Shown here piece by piece: positions 18,500 to 27,888 of a DNA stretch of 64,000 nucleotides. Under the pieces are notes generated by a model that did no database searches, had not been told where the DNA came from, and worked only from the letters and a program-made list of their open reading frames with translations. The translations under genes and the position numbers were made by a program. Source of the DNA: an uncultured Candidatus Saccharibacteria bacterium (GTDB lineage Bacteria > Patescibacteriota > Dojkabacteria > J137); the NCBI GenBank assembly GCA_964607415.1, contig CAZSKK010000001.1:260190-324189 (forward strand), read 5' to 3'. Position 1 is the first letter of the stretch; every line of letters starts with the position of its first letter.

Positions 18500-20218
18500 T
18501 TACTTTAACTTAACATTTGAATTTAAAAACACTTTGATTTGTTTTTCAGGATTTATTTGAAAAATTTTACTCTGTTTCAAATCAAACTCAACACCACTAT
18601 CTAATTTTAAAAGCTCAGTGTCATTACTTTTACAATCATTATTTTTACAATCGATTTCCAACGAACCTGACTTGCTAAAGTCGATACCTAAAATCGTATA
18701 TTTGTTAACTAAAATGCCATCATTAACTTCGAAATTTATATCTGTAATAACTTGGTTTTTACCGGGGTCTGGAATTATGTGAAAAATTAGCACAGATCCT
18801 TTAATTTCAGGTTTTAATATTGGCTGTGTCATTCCAAGTTCAATCATTAATATACTCCTTCCTCCAGTTAATCCAGACTTAAGATTTTCACCATAATTAT
18901 TAATTGAACTTGAATTCTTTTTTAAATTGTAGTGATATCGATAAAGATCGTTGGCTGAAAATCTTTCTGACTCTAAAATAATGCGGTTAACCATGTTATC
19001 TTTTCCTAGTGTTGTTACAGGTGCAAATCTATAAAATACTAATAGAGAAAACGAATGAAAAGTTAGAAGTAAAAAGAAAGCAACAGCATTGTACTTTAGA
19101 TATTTGAGTGCCTTTACTTTATTTAAAATAAACGCAACTCCAACTGCACACACTGGAGCTAAAACGATAAAAAATCTTTGCCCAATACTATCCCCAGCCC
19201 ACCAGTTTGTCCAAAAGTTGTAAATCCCAAGTAAAAACAAGACTGGAAGTATGTAAAGTAGCCAGTCTTGTAAGTTTTTTCTTGCATATAAAAATAGACC
19301 TAACGTACCAAAAATCATTATAGGTGAATAAACAAACCACCCTCTAATATCAGAAAAAAGTAAGTTTAAAATATTGAAGTTTGATAAACTAAATCCACTA
19401 TCTCCTAGTGCAGTGTAGCCTGTTTCTAGCGCACTTCCATATGAAATGTAGTTGTAAGTTAGAAACAAAACGGAGCAAAATAATGCAGGTAGAAAAAAAT
19501 AAAACCAGGCTTTCTTTTTTAAAAATTTAAGAACATAAAAACAAATAGGTATTAATAAAACTAAATCTACAGGTCTTGTTAAAACCAGAAGTCCAGCTGC
19601 AGTTCCAGAAAAAAGTAAGTACTTGTATTCAAATATTTTCCCAAATTTTGTTAATGAGTAATAAAGCAAACTTATGCAAAAGAATTCGTATACATGTGAA
19701 TAGGAACCGTTAAACAATGAGTAACCTAAAACAAAAGATGACAAAGTTACAAAAAGTGTTGAAAGCTGGCTAATTTTATTGCTGAAATTTAAATTTCTTA
19801 AAGTTTTATAAATTAATAAAATGCTAATACTCAAAAAGAAAATTGCTGCAATTTGAATTGCAAATCCATCCGCAAAACTATGTCCATTGAAAGCTTTATA
19901 GTAGTCATTGTAAATTGTTCCGTTGTCAAAAAAATGTGCTGTAGATAAAAACGGCAGCCACAAAATTCCATTGCCAACCGTGTACTGCGTAACAAATTTA
20001 TTATCAAATTCAGAAACTCCATGACCGCCATACTCAAAATAATCCGGTGCTGCTTTGGTTACAAACGAACCATTTTCAACCATTGATTTTCCAACATGAT
20101 AATATCCATACCCATCACCCAAAATGAAAACTGAGCCAAGTACTTGGCCAATTAAAAACAAAACAAGAAAAATCAGTAAGAAATAAAAAATATTTTTCAT
20201 AAATACAGCATAGCGCAA
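18500..20218 (-). CDS. Large membrane protein, possibly GT-C fold glycosyltransferase (ArnT/PMT-like)
   Basis: About 11 TM helices in the N-terminal 400 aa, then a soluble C-terminal domain; family call is weak. Confidence 0.4.
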   Translation of the reverse strand: MRYAVFMKNIFYFLLIFLVLFLIGQVLGSVFILGDGYGYYHVGKSMVENGSFVTKAAPDYFEYGGHGVSEFDNKFVTQYTVGNGILWLPFLSTAHFFDNGTIYNDYYKAFNGHSFADGFAIQIAAIFFLSISILLIYKTLRNLNFSNKISQLSTLFVTLSSFVLGYSLFNGSYSHVYEFFCISLLYYSLTKFGKIFEYKYLLFSGTAAGLLVLTRPVDLVLLIPICFYVLKFLKKKAWFYFFLPALFCSVLFLTYNYISYGSALETGYTALGDSGFSLSNFNILNLLFSDIRGWFVYSPIMIFGTLGLFLYARKNLQDWLLYILPVLFLLGIYNFWTNWWAGDSIGQRFFIVLAPVCAVGVAFILNKVKALKYLKYNAVAFFLLLTFHSFSLLVFYRFAPVTTLGKDNMVNRIILESERFSANDLYRYHYNLKKNSSSINNYGENLKSGLTGGRSILMIELGMTQPILKPEIKGSVLIFHIIPDPGKNQVITDINFEVNDGILVNKYTILGIDFSKSGSLEIDCKNNDCKSNDTELLKLDSGVEFDLKQSKIFQINPEKQIKVFLNSNVKLK

Positions 20219-20246
20219 ATCTGTATTTCTTTAAATCCTTTTCTAC

Positions 20247-20308
20247 TAACCCCTCTCCCTTCGGGTATCTCCCCTTTAAAATAAAGGGGAGAATTAAAGA
20301 GGGGTTAT
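20247..20308. repeat. GC-rich structured intergenic element R1 (outer stem AACCCCTCT/AGAGGGGTT enclosing two hairpins)
   Basis: Inner hairpin 1 CCCTTCGGG; inner hairpin 2 TCTCCCCTTT-AAAAT-AAAGGGGAGA. It is homologous to elements at 28807 and 40628 with compensatory changes. Confidence 0.7.
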
Positions 20309-20340
20309 TAAACAACATTTTAAGTTATAATATATTGCCT

Positions 20341-23300
20341 ATGATTAACTTTGAAGCTGAGCTTAAAAAATTAAATTCCGAACAAAAACTGGCTGTTGAT
20401 ACAATCCAAGGTCCAGTTTTAGTTGTTGCAGGTCCTGGAACTGGTAAAACTCAAATGTTAGCTTTAAGAATTGCAAATATTTTAAGAACAACAGATACTA
20501 AACCTTCGAATATTCTTTGTTTAACATTTACAGAATCTGGCGTTTGGGCAATGCGTGAAAGACTTTTTAGAATAATTGGAACTGATGCTTACTTTGTTAG
20601 AATTCACACCTTTCATAGCTTTTGTAACGAAATAATTCAAACATTTCCCGAAAAATTTGCCTTTGCAAGAGAACTTAATCAACTTGATGATTTGACTAAG
20701 CTCAAAATTTTTAGGGAGATTTTGGACGATCTTGCTCAAAAAAGCGATGGCAAAGAAAAACTAAAGCTTGTTCCATTTAGTAACAAATACATGTTTTTGA
20801 ACGATATTAGTTCCAGCATTCAAACACTTAAACGTGAAGGAATTACACCTGATGAATTAAAAGAAAAAGCGGAGGTTAAACTTTCCGAATTAGAAGCTAA
20901 TCAAAAGATTAACAAAAGAACTGGAAAACCTACAGCCGATTGGCTTAGAGAAAGAGATCAAACCACTAAAAATTTTGAGCTTTTTGAAATCTATAATGCA
21001 TATAATCAAAAGTTGGTTGAAAACGGTTTATATGATTACGAAGACATGATTTTATTTGTGATTAAAAGGTTTGAGGAAGACGATCAGCTTCTAGCTTTTT
21101 ACCAAGAAAAGTTTTTGTATGTTTTGGTTGATGAGTTTCAGGATACAAATGGTGCACAAAATAAAATTTTGAAGTTACTTGGAAGCTTTGACAAAAGTCC
21201 AAACATATTTGCTGTAGGTGACGATGATCAAGCAATTTACAGGTTTCAGGGTGCAAATGTTGGAAATCTTATTGATTTTAAAAATAGCTTTGAAGACGTT
21301 AAAACAATCACTGTTACTACTAACTACAGATCTTCTCAATTGATTTTGGATCTTTCATCAAACTTAATTAAGCACAACACATTAAGACTTTCGAATATTG
21401 ATACAAGCTTAAATAAAAATTTAACTGCTGGAAACGCTATTCCAAATAAAAAAACAGAGGTTCATTCTTTTAAAGATTCCAGATCTGAAAACGAATTTAT
21501 TGCAAAAAAAATTCTCGAACTAAATTCTACTGGAGTTAAGTTTTCAGATATAGCTGTGTTATATAGAAATCATAAGGATTCTGAGGATTTAATTGATGTG
21601 CTTTTATCGGAAAAAGTTCCAATTAGACTTGCTGCAGGTAGAAATTCTTTAGATGAAAAACTTATTGATAATTTTATAACTCTACTTAAAGTAGTTCAAT
21701 ACACCGATAGCGATAGAGACTTTTTACTGTTTAAAGTTTTGTTCTTTGATTTTCTAAAATTTGAAAGAATTGATATTTTTAAAATTGTAAACTTTGCGCA
21801 TGAGAACAAAGAATCAATTTTTAATATTCTTTTGGATGGTGTAAAGCTTGAGAAATTAGGAATAAATAACATTGTTAATATTTCGGTATTACAAAATTTT
21901 GCAAGTAAAATTATAGATTGGAAAGCCGATTCCGAAAACCTAAGCTTTGCAGCCTTTATTCAAAAAATAATGTCGGAATCTGGTTTTTTAGATTATGTTT
22001 TTGGATCAGAACCATCAAACATTGAAGATATTAATTCTGTTAATTCTTTTTACGATTATATAAAATCAATCAATCGCGTAAATAAGCTTTTAAGCCTTGA
22101 ATCTTTTTTAAACGACATAAATCTTTTGAAAGAAAATAAACTTCAAGTTAGTGAAAAAGAGCTGGATGTTGATAAAGACGGAGTTAATTTAATGACAGCA
22201 CATAAATCAAAAGGATTGGAGTTTAAACACGTATTCATAATGAAATTTACTGAAAAAAGCTGGGGTGGAAAAGGCAGAAGCAAGATTATAAAGCTTCCAT
22301 TGCAAACTGCAGATGTTACGGATGAAGTAAGTAATCTTGAAGATGAACGCAGGCTTCTTTTTGTTGCAACTACAAGAGCTAAAGAGCATTTATATTTTAC
22401 GTATGCATCAGAGTATCCTTCTGGTAATACTACAACAGAGACAGGTCCTAGCATATTTATGTCTGAACTTGATGAAAAGCTGATTGAAAAGTTTAATGTT
22501 GAAAATGAAGAATTTAATATAGAACCTGTTAAAAAATTACTAAGTACTAAGCTTGGCTCACCTTATAACATTGAAGAAACTGAGTTTTTAAAACATGTAA
22601 TTGCCAAATTTAAATTGAGTGCCAGCTCATTAAATGAATATATTGAGTGCCCTTTAAAATTCAAATATAACAGACTTTTGAAAGTTCCGCACGCTAAGGA
22701 TAAAACTCTAAGCATGGGAACTGCCATTCACTTTGTAATGGAGCACTTTTATAAAAATTTAAAACTTGGTGAGCTTAAGGCTAAAGATTATTTTATATAT
22801 CAGTTCGAATGGGCTTTAAAAAAGGAACTGCTAGGTAAAGCCGAATATGAAGAAACTCTTAAAGAAGGTACACGAATTATTTCTGAGTATTATGATTATT
22901 ACGAAGGTACGTTTTTAAAACCTGCAGAAGTTGAATATGGATTTTATGGAAGAAATATTCTTTTAGAAAAAGATGGAATTGAACCAATATTACTTACAGG
23001 AAAAATCGATAGGGTTGAATATTTAAATACCAATCAAAGTTTGAATAGTTTGGACATTGATACCAGGGTTAAAATTGTAGATTACAAAACATCAAGTCCG
23101 AAGTCAAAAAACGATATTATGGGTAAAACTAAGTACTCCACGGGATCGATTTACAGACAGCTTGTTTTTTATAAACTACTTGCAGAAATTGATAACTTTT
23201 TTAGGCCTTCAACAAACTTTCCTAAATACAAAGTAGAACAAGTAGAAGTGGATTTTATTAAACCCGACAGCGGTAAATTTAAAAGAGAAGTTTTTGAAAT

Positions 23301-23433
23301 TCCAAATGAAGACGTCGAAAGTCTTAAAGAAACAATTTTTGGCATTATGACTAGAATTAGAAACTTAGAGTTTGGAGGAACAGATGAATATCCTCTTTGC
23401 GAAGAGTGTGAATATTGTAAAATGTTAAGTTAG
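20341..23433 (+). CDS. UvrD/PcrA-family helicase fused to a C-terminal PD-(D/E)XK nuclease with Cys cluster (AddA/AddB/Cas4-like)
   Basis: Walker A AGPGTGKT, motif II VLVDEFQDTN, motif III VGDDDQAIYRFQGA, TTNYRSS. C-terminus has GKIDRVE...VDYKTS nuclease motifs flanked by Cys residues (IECP; CEECEYC) in an Fe-S staple arrangement. ATG at 20341 preferred over TTG at 20335; TATAAT lies at 20326-20331. Confidence 0.75.
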   Translation: MINFEAELKKLNSEQKLAVDTIQGPVLVVAGPGTGKTQMLALRIANILRTTDTKPSNILCLTFTESGVWAMRERLFRIIGTDAYFVRIHTFHSFCNEIIQTFPEKFAFARELNQLDDLTKLKIFREILDDLAQKSDGKEKLKLVPFSNKYMFLNDISSSIQTLKREGITPDELKEKAEVKLSELEANQKINKRTGKPTADWLRERDQTTKNFELFEIYNAYNQKLVENGLYDYEDMILFVIKRFEEDDQLLAFYQEKFLYVLVDEFQDTNGAQNKILKLLGSFDKSPNIFAVGDDDQAIYRFQGANVGNLIDFKNSFEDVKTITVTTNYRSSQLILDLSSNLIKHNTLRLSNIDTSLNKNLTAGNAIPNKKTEVHSFKDSRSENEFIAKKILELNSTGVKFSDIAVLYRNHKDSEDLIDVLLSEKVPIRLAAGRNSLDEKLIDNFITLLKVVQYTDSDRDFLLFKVLFFDFLKFERIDIFKIVNFAHENKESIFNILLDGVKLEKLGINNIVNISVLQNFASKIIDWKADSENLSFAAFIQKIMSESGFLDYVFGSEPSNIEDINSVNSFYDYIKSINRVNKLLSLESFLNDINLLKENKLQVSEKELDVDKDGVNLMTAHKSKGLEFKHVFIMKFTEKSWGGKGRSKIIKLPLQTADVTDEVSNLEDERRLLFVATTRAKEHLYFTYASEYPSGNTTTETGPSIFMSELDEKLIEKFNVENEEFNIEPVKKLLSTKLGSPYNIEETEFLKHVIAKFKLSASSLNEYIECPLKFKYNRLLKVPHAKDKTLSMGTAIHFVMEHFYKNLKLGELKAKDYFIYQFEWALKKELLGKAEYEETLKEGTRIISEYYDYYEGTFLKPAEVEYGFYGRNILLEKDGIEPILLTGKIDRVEYLNTNQSLNSLDIDTRVKIVDYKTSSPKSKNDIMGKTKYSTGSIYRQLVFYKLLAEIDNFFRPSTNFPKYKVEQVEVDFIKPDSGKFKREVFEIPNEDVESLKETIFGIMTRIRNLEFGGTDEYPLCEECEYCKMLS

Positions 23434-23684
23434 GCTTCTTTTAGCACTTCAGGCAGTGTGCCTACTAAAGATTGCTCATCTAAAGGTAATGTTTCTACTT
23501 GTTGATTTAATTTATTTAAATCAATAAGTGCATCGTTACGCCTGATTTGAAAATTTTCCCAAGTTTCACCTGGTAGCCTTTCAATTATTTTAGCTTCCCA
23601 ACCTGAGCCATTGTTAGTATAAACATTCGTCATCAAAGGTATTCCTCCTAATGGTACTTCTTCAATGGATTCTGTCATTTCCAT
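23430..23684 (-). CDS. Hypothetical small protein
   Basis: 84-aa ORF co-oriented in the minus-strand gene string; no motifs. Confidence 0.3.
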   Translation of the reverse strand: MEMTESIEEVPLGGIPLMTNVYTNNGSGWEAKIIERLPGETWENFQIRRNDALIDLNKLNQQVETLPLDEQSLVGTLPEVLKEA

Positions 23685-23709
23685 GAAAATTAAAAAATAT
23701 TACAGTATT

Positions 23710-23994
23710 TTAGCTCTCTTCGTCTTTTCTAACCATGACCCAGTTACCATCCTCACCTAAAACAATTCTACCTCTTTTTTCAGTTTGAGTTGGGTATAAA
23801 TCAGGCTTCTGTATAATTCTTAAATCTGCCTCTCTCTTAAGAGCTCTAGCATTCATTGTATCTATTGCCACCTGGATACCGTTTCTTCCTAATTCATAAA
23901 GCTGTTCATCAGTTAATGCCTCATAATCTATTGATTCATCTTTCCAGCTTAGTATAAGTGGTCCTGTACCTGGCATGTTAAAAATCTGTAACAA
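23710..23994 (-). CDS. Hypothetical small protein
   Basis: 94-aa ORF co-oriented with neighbours; no motifs. Confidence 0.3.
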   Translation of the reverse strand: MLQIFNMPGTGPLILSWKDESIDYEALTDEQLYELGRNGIQVAIDTMNARALKREADLRIIQKPDLYPTQTEKRGRIVLGEDGNWVMVRKDEES

Positions 23995-24152
23995 TTAAAA
24001 AATTTAGGTGTGAGGCTTTAGGGTTTGAAGATTTTAGTTGCAAGAACTCTGTTTTCTTAAGTGTGTAATAGGAACAAAACATTTAAAAAGTTTAAGTATC
24101 AAAACTTAAATCATTCTAAACTAAGCCAAAAAAGATGACAAGGGGTTTGCTG

Positions 24153-24626
24153 CTACTTTTGGAAATCGAAAGAAAGATACTCGTATACATCTTTTGCATG
24201 GCCTTCAGGCTTTACCTTTTGCCATGACATAATAATTTTTCCAACTTCATCAATAGCATAAGTTGATCTCAATGTTCCCATATATCTCCTGCCAAACATA
24301 CTCTTTTCTACCCATATTCCAAAGGCTTCGTTTAGTTTGTGGTCAATATCAGACAACAACGTAAAGTTTAATCCATGCTTATTTATAAACTTTTGATGAG
24401 CTTTTATAGGATCAACACTTACTCCAATTATTTCGTATCCTAATTTTTTAATATCTTTGTTGTAATCTCTAAACTCACAGGCTTCAATTGTGCAGCCAGG
24501 AGTATCATCCTTTGGATAAAAATATAACACATATTTTTTACCAATTTGTTCACTCAAATCTGTCTGTGTGCCATCTAGCTTTACTAGTTTTATATTTTGA
24601 GGAACAAAATCTCCGTTTTGTAACAT
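24153..24626 (-). CDS. bcp: Thiol peroxidase / peroxiredoxin Bcp
   Basis: YFYPKDDTPGCTIEACEFRD peroxidatic-Cys motif; start placed at MLQNGDF to match Bcp N-termini. Confidence 0.85.
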   Translation of the reverse strand: MLQNGDFVPQNIKLVKLDGTQTDLSEQIGKKYVLYFYPKDDTPGCTIEACEFRDYNKDIKKLGYEIIGVSVDPIKAHQKFINKHGLNFTLLSDIDHKLNEAFGIWVEKSMFGRRYMGTLRSTYAIDEVGKIIMSWQKVKPEGHAKDVYEYLSFDFQK

Positions 24627-24633
24627 AGTTGTT

Positions 24634-24936
24634 TCATTGTTCAACATTAGAATTTATATATTGGTCATATTCATACTTGACTTCACAGAAATGGTTTTTT
24701 GTATTAGCTAGTCTTTCATCATAACCGTCGCTAAGCTCATTTTCCAGTTCAATAATGCTATTTTCAATACTAGCTATGTATGCTGAAAGTTCTAATAATT
24801 CATCATTTGAGAAATCTGGTAAATTTCTAATGGGATAATCTCCAATCAAATTTGTAATTGCATTATTAATTTCAACGATATAACCGTATAAAGCTGGATG
24901 CTCCAAATGTGTCCCTGCAGTTCTTAATTTATACAT
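24634..24936 (-). CDS. Hypothetical protein
   Basis: 100-aa ORF; no motifs. Confidence 0.3.
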   Translation of the reverse strand: MYKLRTAGTHLEHPALYGYIVEINNAITNLIGDYPIRNLPDFSNDELLELSAYIASIENSIIELENELSDGYDERLANTKNHFCEVKYEYDQYINSNVEQ

Positions 24937-24951
24937 AATTGGTATGATTTA

Positions 24952-25731
24952 CTACTTTGGTAATGGTATTAAAGCTCTAACATGCTTTTTATATTTCTGA
25001 TATTCCTTATTCTTATCATATTTCTTTTCCAGCATTGGAATTCCTGAAACTTTTATAAGCAAAAAATCTATTAGTAAAGGGCTAATTAATGCCACATAAC
25101 CAAAATCAACTGACAATGCAATTAAAAATAATCCCCACCATAGTGTTGCTTCGCCAAAATAATTTGGATGTCTTGAATATTTCCAAAGACCACTTTTCAT
25201 TATTGCATCTTTAGATACTTTTCCAGCTTTTTTCTTATTAACAAACTTAGTAAGTTCAAAATCACCTCTAACCTCAAAATAAAAGCCAAAAAGCCAAATT
25301 GATATACCTATAAAATCAACAAGGTTTAATTTTTGTAAACCTCCGTATGTATTAATCAAAACAATGCTTGATGCAATTGGAAGCATTAAAATACCTTGTA
25401 AAATAAATATTTGAAGATACGATCTAATTACAAAATTTTTACCCCAGTTTTTTCCCCAATTGGCGTATCTAAAGTCTTCGGCTTTTCCCTTATTTCTTAA
25501 AAAAATATGTATGGTAAGTCTAAATCCCCAGATACAAACTAAAACTGTTGCAACTACTTTTCGTGCATTAAAATCATCTGATGTGAAAAACGTAACTAAG
25601 GCAACTAAAGCAAATCCCAATCCCCAGAATATATCTATAATTGAATTATTTTTAAGATATAAAGCTAAAAAGAAGGCAAGGTGCATTAAAATTGCTACAG
25701 AAATTATTGCGTAAATTATTTGCAGCTCCAT
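24952..25731 (-). CDS. DUF1295 / ICMT / steroid-5-alpha-reductase-like membrane methyltransferase-family protein
   Basis: Multi-TM protein with C-terminal GLWKYSRHPNYFGEATLWWGLFLIAL signature. Confidence 0.5.
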   Translation of the reverse strand: MELQIIYAIISVAILMHLAFFLALYLKNNSIIDIFWGLGFALVALVTFFTSDDFNARKVVATVLVCIWGFRLTIHIFLRNKGKAEDFRYANWGKNWGKNFVIRSYLQIFILQGILMLPIASSIVLINTYGGLQKLNLVDFIGISIWLFGFYFEVRGDFELTKFVNKKKAGKVSKDAIMKSGLWKYSRHPNYFGEATLWWGLFLIALSVDFGYVALISPLLIDFLLIKVSGIPMLEKKYDKNKEYQKYKKHVRALIPLPK

Positions 25732-25805
25732 ATGGGCCAGTTTAAGTGTAAAAGTAAGTTTAAGAGCAAAACTTGTTATATTCTAAACTATTTTTATCAA
25801 GCTTA

Positions 25806-26219
25806 CTATTGTTCACCGTAGGGAAGATTCTTTATCCCGTCAAGCAAGGTAATTTTTGCGCTGTTGTTTTGCTTTATAATAAGGCTAAGAATGCGCTTAA
25901 TTTTCTCTGTCACTTGGTATGGTGGATACCCTTGAACCATAGTTTTTCCATATGCAAGAATTTCACCACTAACTATAAACTCTTCCGTTCCTATTTGTTC
26001 TGAAGCCCTAAGAAATCTTTTTTTGGTTTGATGAATTTCAGTCAATGAAATTCCATAATCTGAAAAGCCTTTAACAATCCATTCAAGAATTTCAGGCTCT
26101 ACAAAAGATAGACTCAACGTCAGAAAAAATTCACTTTCAATCTCTCTAACATTTAGTGTATCAGCAATTTGGTTAGGATCTTGAATTGGATAAATATCAA
26201 TACCGTCTAGGCTGGACAT
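25806..26219 (-). CDS. Hypothetical protein
   Basis: 137-aa ORF; no motifs. Confidence 0.3.
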   Translation of the reverse strand: MSSLDGIDIYPIQDPNQIADTLNVREIESEFFLTLSLSFVEPEILEWIVKGFSDYGISLTEIHQTKKRFLRASEQIGTEEFIVSGEILAYGKTMVQGYPPYQVTEKIKRILSLIIKQNNSAKITLLDGIKNLPYGEQ

Positions 26220-26285
26220 ACTAGTACCTTAAAATTTGTAGTTATAGCTATTGTAAATTATTTAGGCAAAACGTAAAAGTAAAGT

Positions 26286-26552
26286 TTATACTTCTACCGA
26301 GACATACTTTTCACAAATACCAACAATAACTGCAACATCATCCTCGCATAAATCTCTTTCTGAATTTGATGTTACTAAAAGTGATTTGAAATCTTTATAA
26401 GCAGTATTATTGAAGCTAACGTCTTCATATCCTAGAGCCTCAAGATCTTTTATTATACTTTTAGATTGGTTCTCCAGCCATACTGGAATAACAATTTTAA
26501 CGTAACCTGGAAATTCTTCGAATTTTGAATGTAATGGCATTATATTTTTCAT
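26286..26552 (-). CDS. Hypothetical protein
   Basis: 88-aa ORF, 3-nt gap to the upstream gene. Confidence 0.3.
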   Translation of the reverse strand: MKNIMPLHSKFEEFPGYVKIVIPVWLENQSKSIIKDLEALGYEDVSFNNTAYKDFKSLLVTSNSERDLCEDDVAVIVGICEKYVSVEV

Positions 26553-26555
26553 ATA

Positions 26556-26993
26556 TTAACTTTCATTTAAAGAATAAGTTTCTAAAAATTGAACAGGTGC
26601 ATTTATGATACCTCTAACATCATTTGCTACTAGTTCCAGCTTATTTTGTAAGCCTTCTTCTTGCGGATACGTACATTCAATTGTAAATATCCTTACAGGT
26701 TCATTCTGATTGTATAGAATTAGCGAATGTTCACTAAGTAGTATTTCTATACCTAATGCTTTAAGTCTTCTTTCTATGTTTGATATTGAAATAGAGGATT
26801 CAACAGGTACTTGTATCTTAATAACTAAAGCCTGTAGTAAATTCACTCCAGCAGAAAATGTTTCCCCTATTAAAATCACTTTTGCTTTATCTCCAAAAGA
26901 TTCCGCGTAAAGAGTAGCCCATGCTTCACTACTTATTTCATCTAATCTTCTATATCTCATAAAAAATGGAGGATGAGCTTCCACAAGCTTCAT
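26556..26993 (-). CDS. Hypothetical protein
   Basis: 145-aa ORF downstream of ppa in the same orientation. Confidence 0.35.
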   Translation of the reverse strand: MKLVEAHPPFFMRYRRLDEISSEAWATLYAESFGDKAKVILIGETFSAGVNLLQALVIKIQVPVESSISISNIERRLKALGIEILLSEHSLILYNQNEPVRIFTIECTYPQEEGLQNKLELVANDVRGIINAPVQFLETYSLNES

Positions 26994-27044
26994 CCTCCAT
27001 TTAAATTTAAATTAGCTTTAGTTAGGTGTTTTAAAGTTGAAACT

Positions 27045-27725
27045 CTATTTGCAGTTACATCCTTCACACTCACAATTTTCACACTCGCACTCCGCACAAT
27101 GCCCATGTTCACATTCTTCGCAATCACATTCACAATCAACTGTGTCAAGTTTTGGTGAGTATTCGCTGTCATATCTTTGTGCACATTCTTCAACAATCTT
27201 AACAGCTTCAGCAAAATCAAAGTACCCATTAACCTTGCAAGGTCCAGGTTTTTTTAAATCTTTATAATGTTCCCAGTAATAAGTTGTTTCTTTTTCAAAA
27301 TATTCACCTAAATCAGCAATAGACTTAATATGATCTACTCTTTTATCATCATTTAAAACACAAATTACTTTGTCGTCTACTTCGCCTCCATCTTCAAATT
27401 TCATTATTCCAATAATTCTTGCTTCTACTAACGATCCAGGAATTAAAGGTTCAGTAACATTTACAATTACTGCATCTAATGGATCACCATCCAAATCCCA
27501 GGTTTGAGGAATTGCTCCATATGTAAAGGGATAAACAAGCGATGAATATCCAACTCTATCAAGTTTCAAATGACCAGTTTCAGTAATTAATTCATATTTA
27601 TTTAACGTGTGTGAGTTTAATTCAACAATCACATTAATAATACTTTTTTCTTCGTTAGCAAATGGATCTACAATATGAAGTAGATTGGGCATAAAAATTG
27701 AAGGTGGTATTGGTAAGTTAGCCAT
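27045..27725 (-). CDS. ppa: Family I inorganic pyrophosphatase with a C-terminal Cys/Glu/His-rich tail
   Basis: PPase core DRVGYSSLVYPFTYGAIPQTWDLDGDPLDAVIV...EARIIGIMKFEDGGEVDDKVI; final ~30 aa are CECDCEECEHGHCAECECENCECEGCNCK. Confidence 0.8.
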   Translation of the reverse strand: MANLPIPPSIFMPNLLHIVDPFANEEKSIINVIVELNSHTLNKYELITETGHLKLDRVGYSSLVYPFTYGAIPQTWDLDGDPLDAVIVNVTEPLIPGSLVEARIIGIMKFEDGGEVDDKVICVLNDDKRVDHIKSIADLGEYFEKETTYYWEHYKDLKKPGPCKVNGYFDFAEAVKIVEECAQRYDSEYSPKLDTVDCECDCEECEHGHCAECECENCECEGCNCK

Positions 27726-27888
27726 TTTTTGAATTTAAAAATGTAAATTTATTCGTTAATTTGTTAATTTGTGCAAAGTTAATTAGGTTAGTATATTTGT
27801 GTAAGCAATTAGCCTGGAACTAATTAACTTATTAACTACTGGCTTGCCAGTCCTAAAAAGTATACAATAGTTAAGAATTATACACAAT

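Noticed and set aside
20115-20318. 67-aa ORF on the minus strand
   Set aside because: It is encoded across the GC-rich structured repeat R1 and the divergent promoter region; a spurious reading.
27037-27267. 76-aa ORF (HSHSAQCPCSHSSQSHSQS...) on the plus strand
   Set aside because: It is antisense to the low-complexity Cys-tail coding DNA of ppa; an artefact of repetitive sequence.
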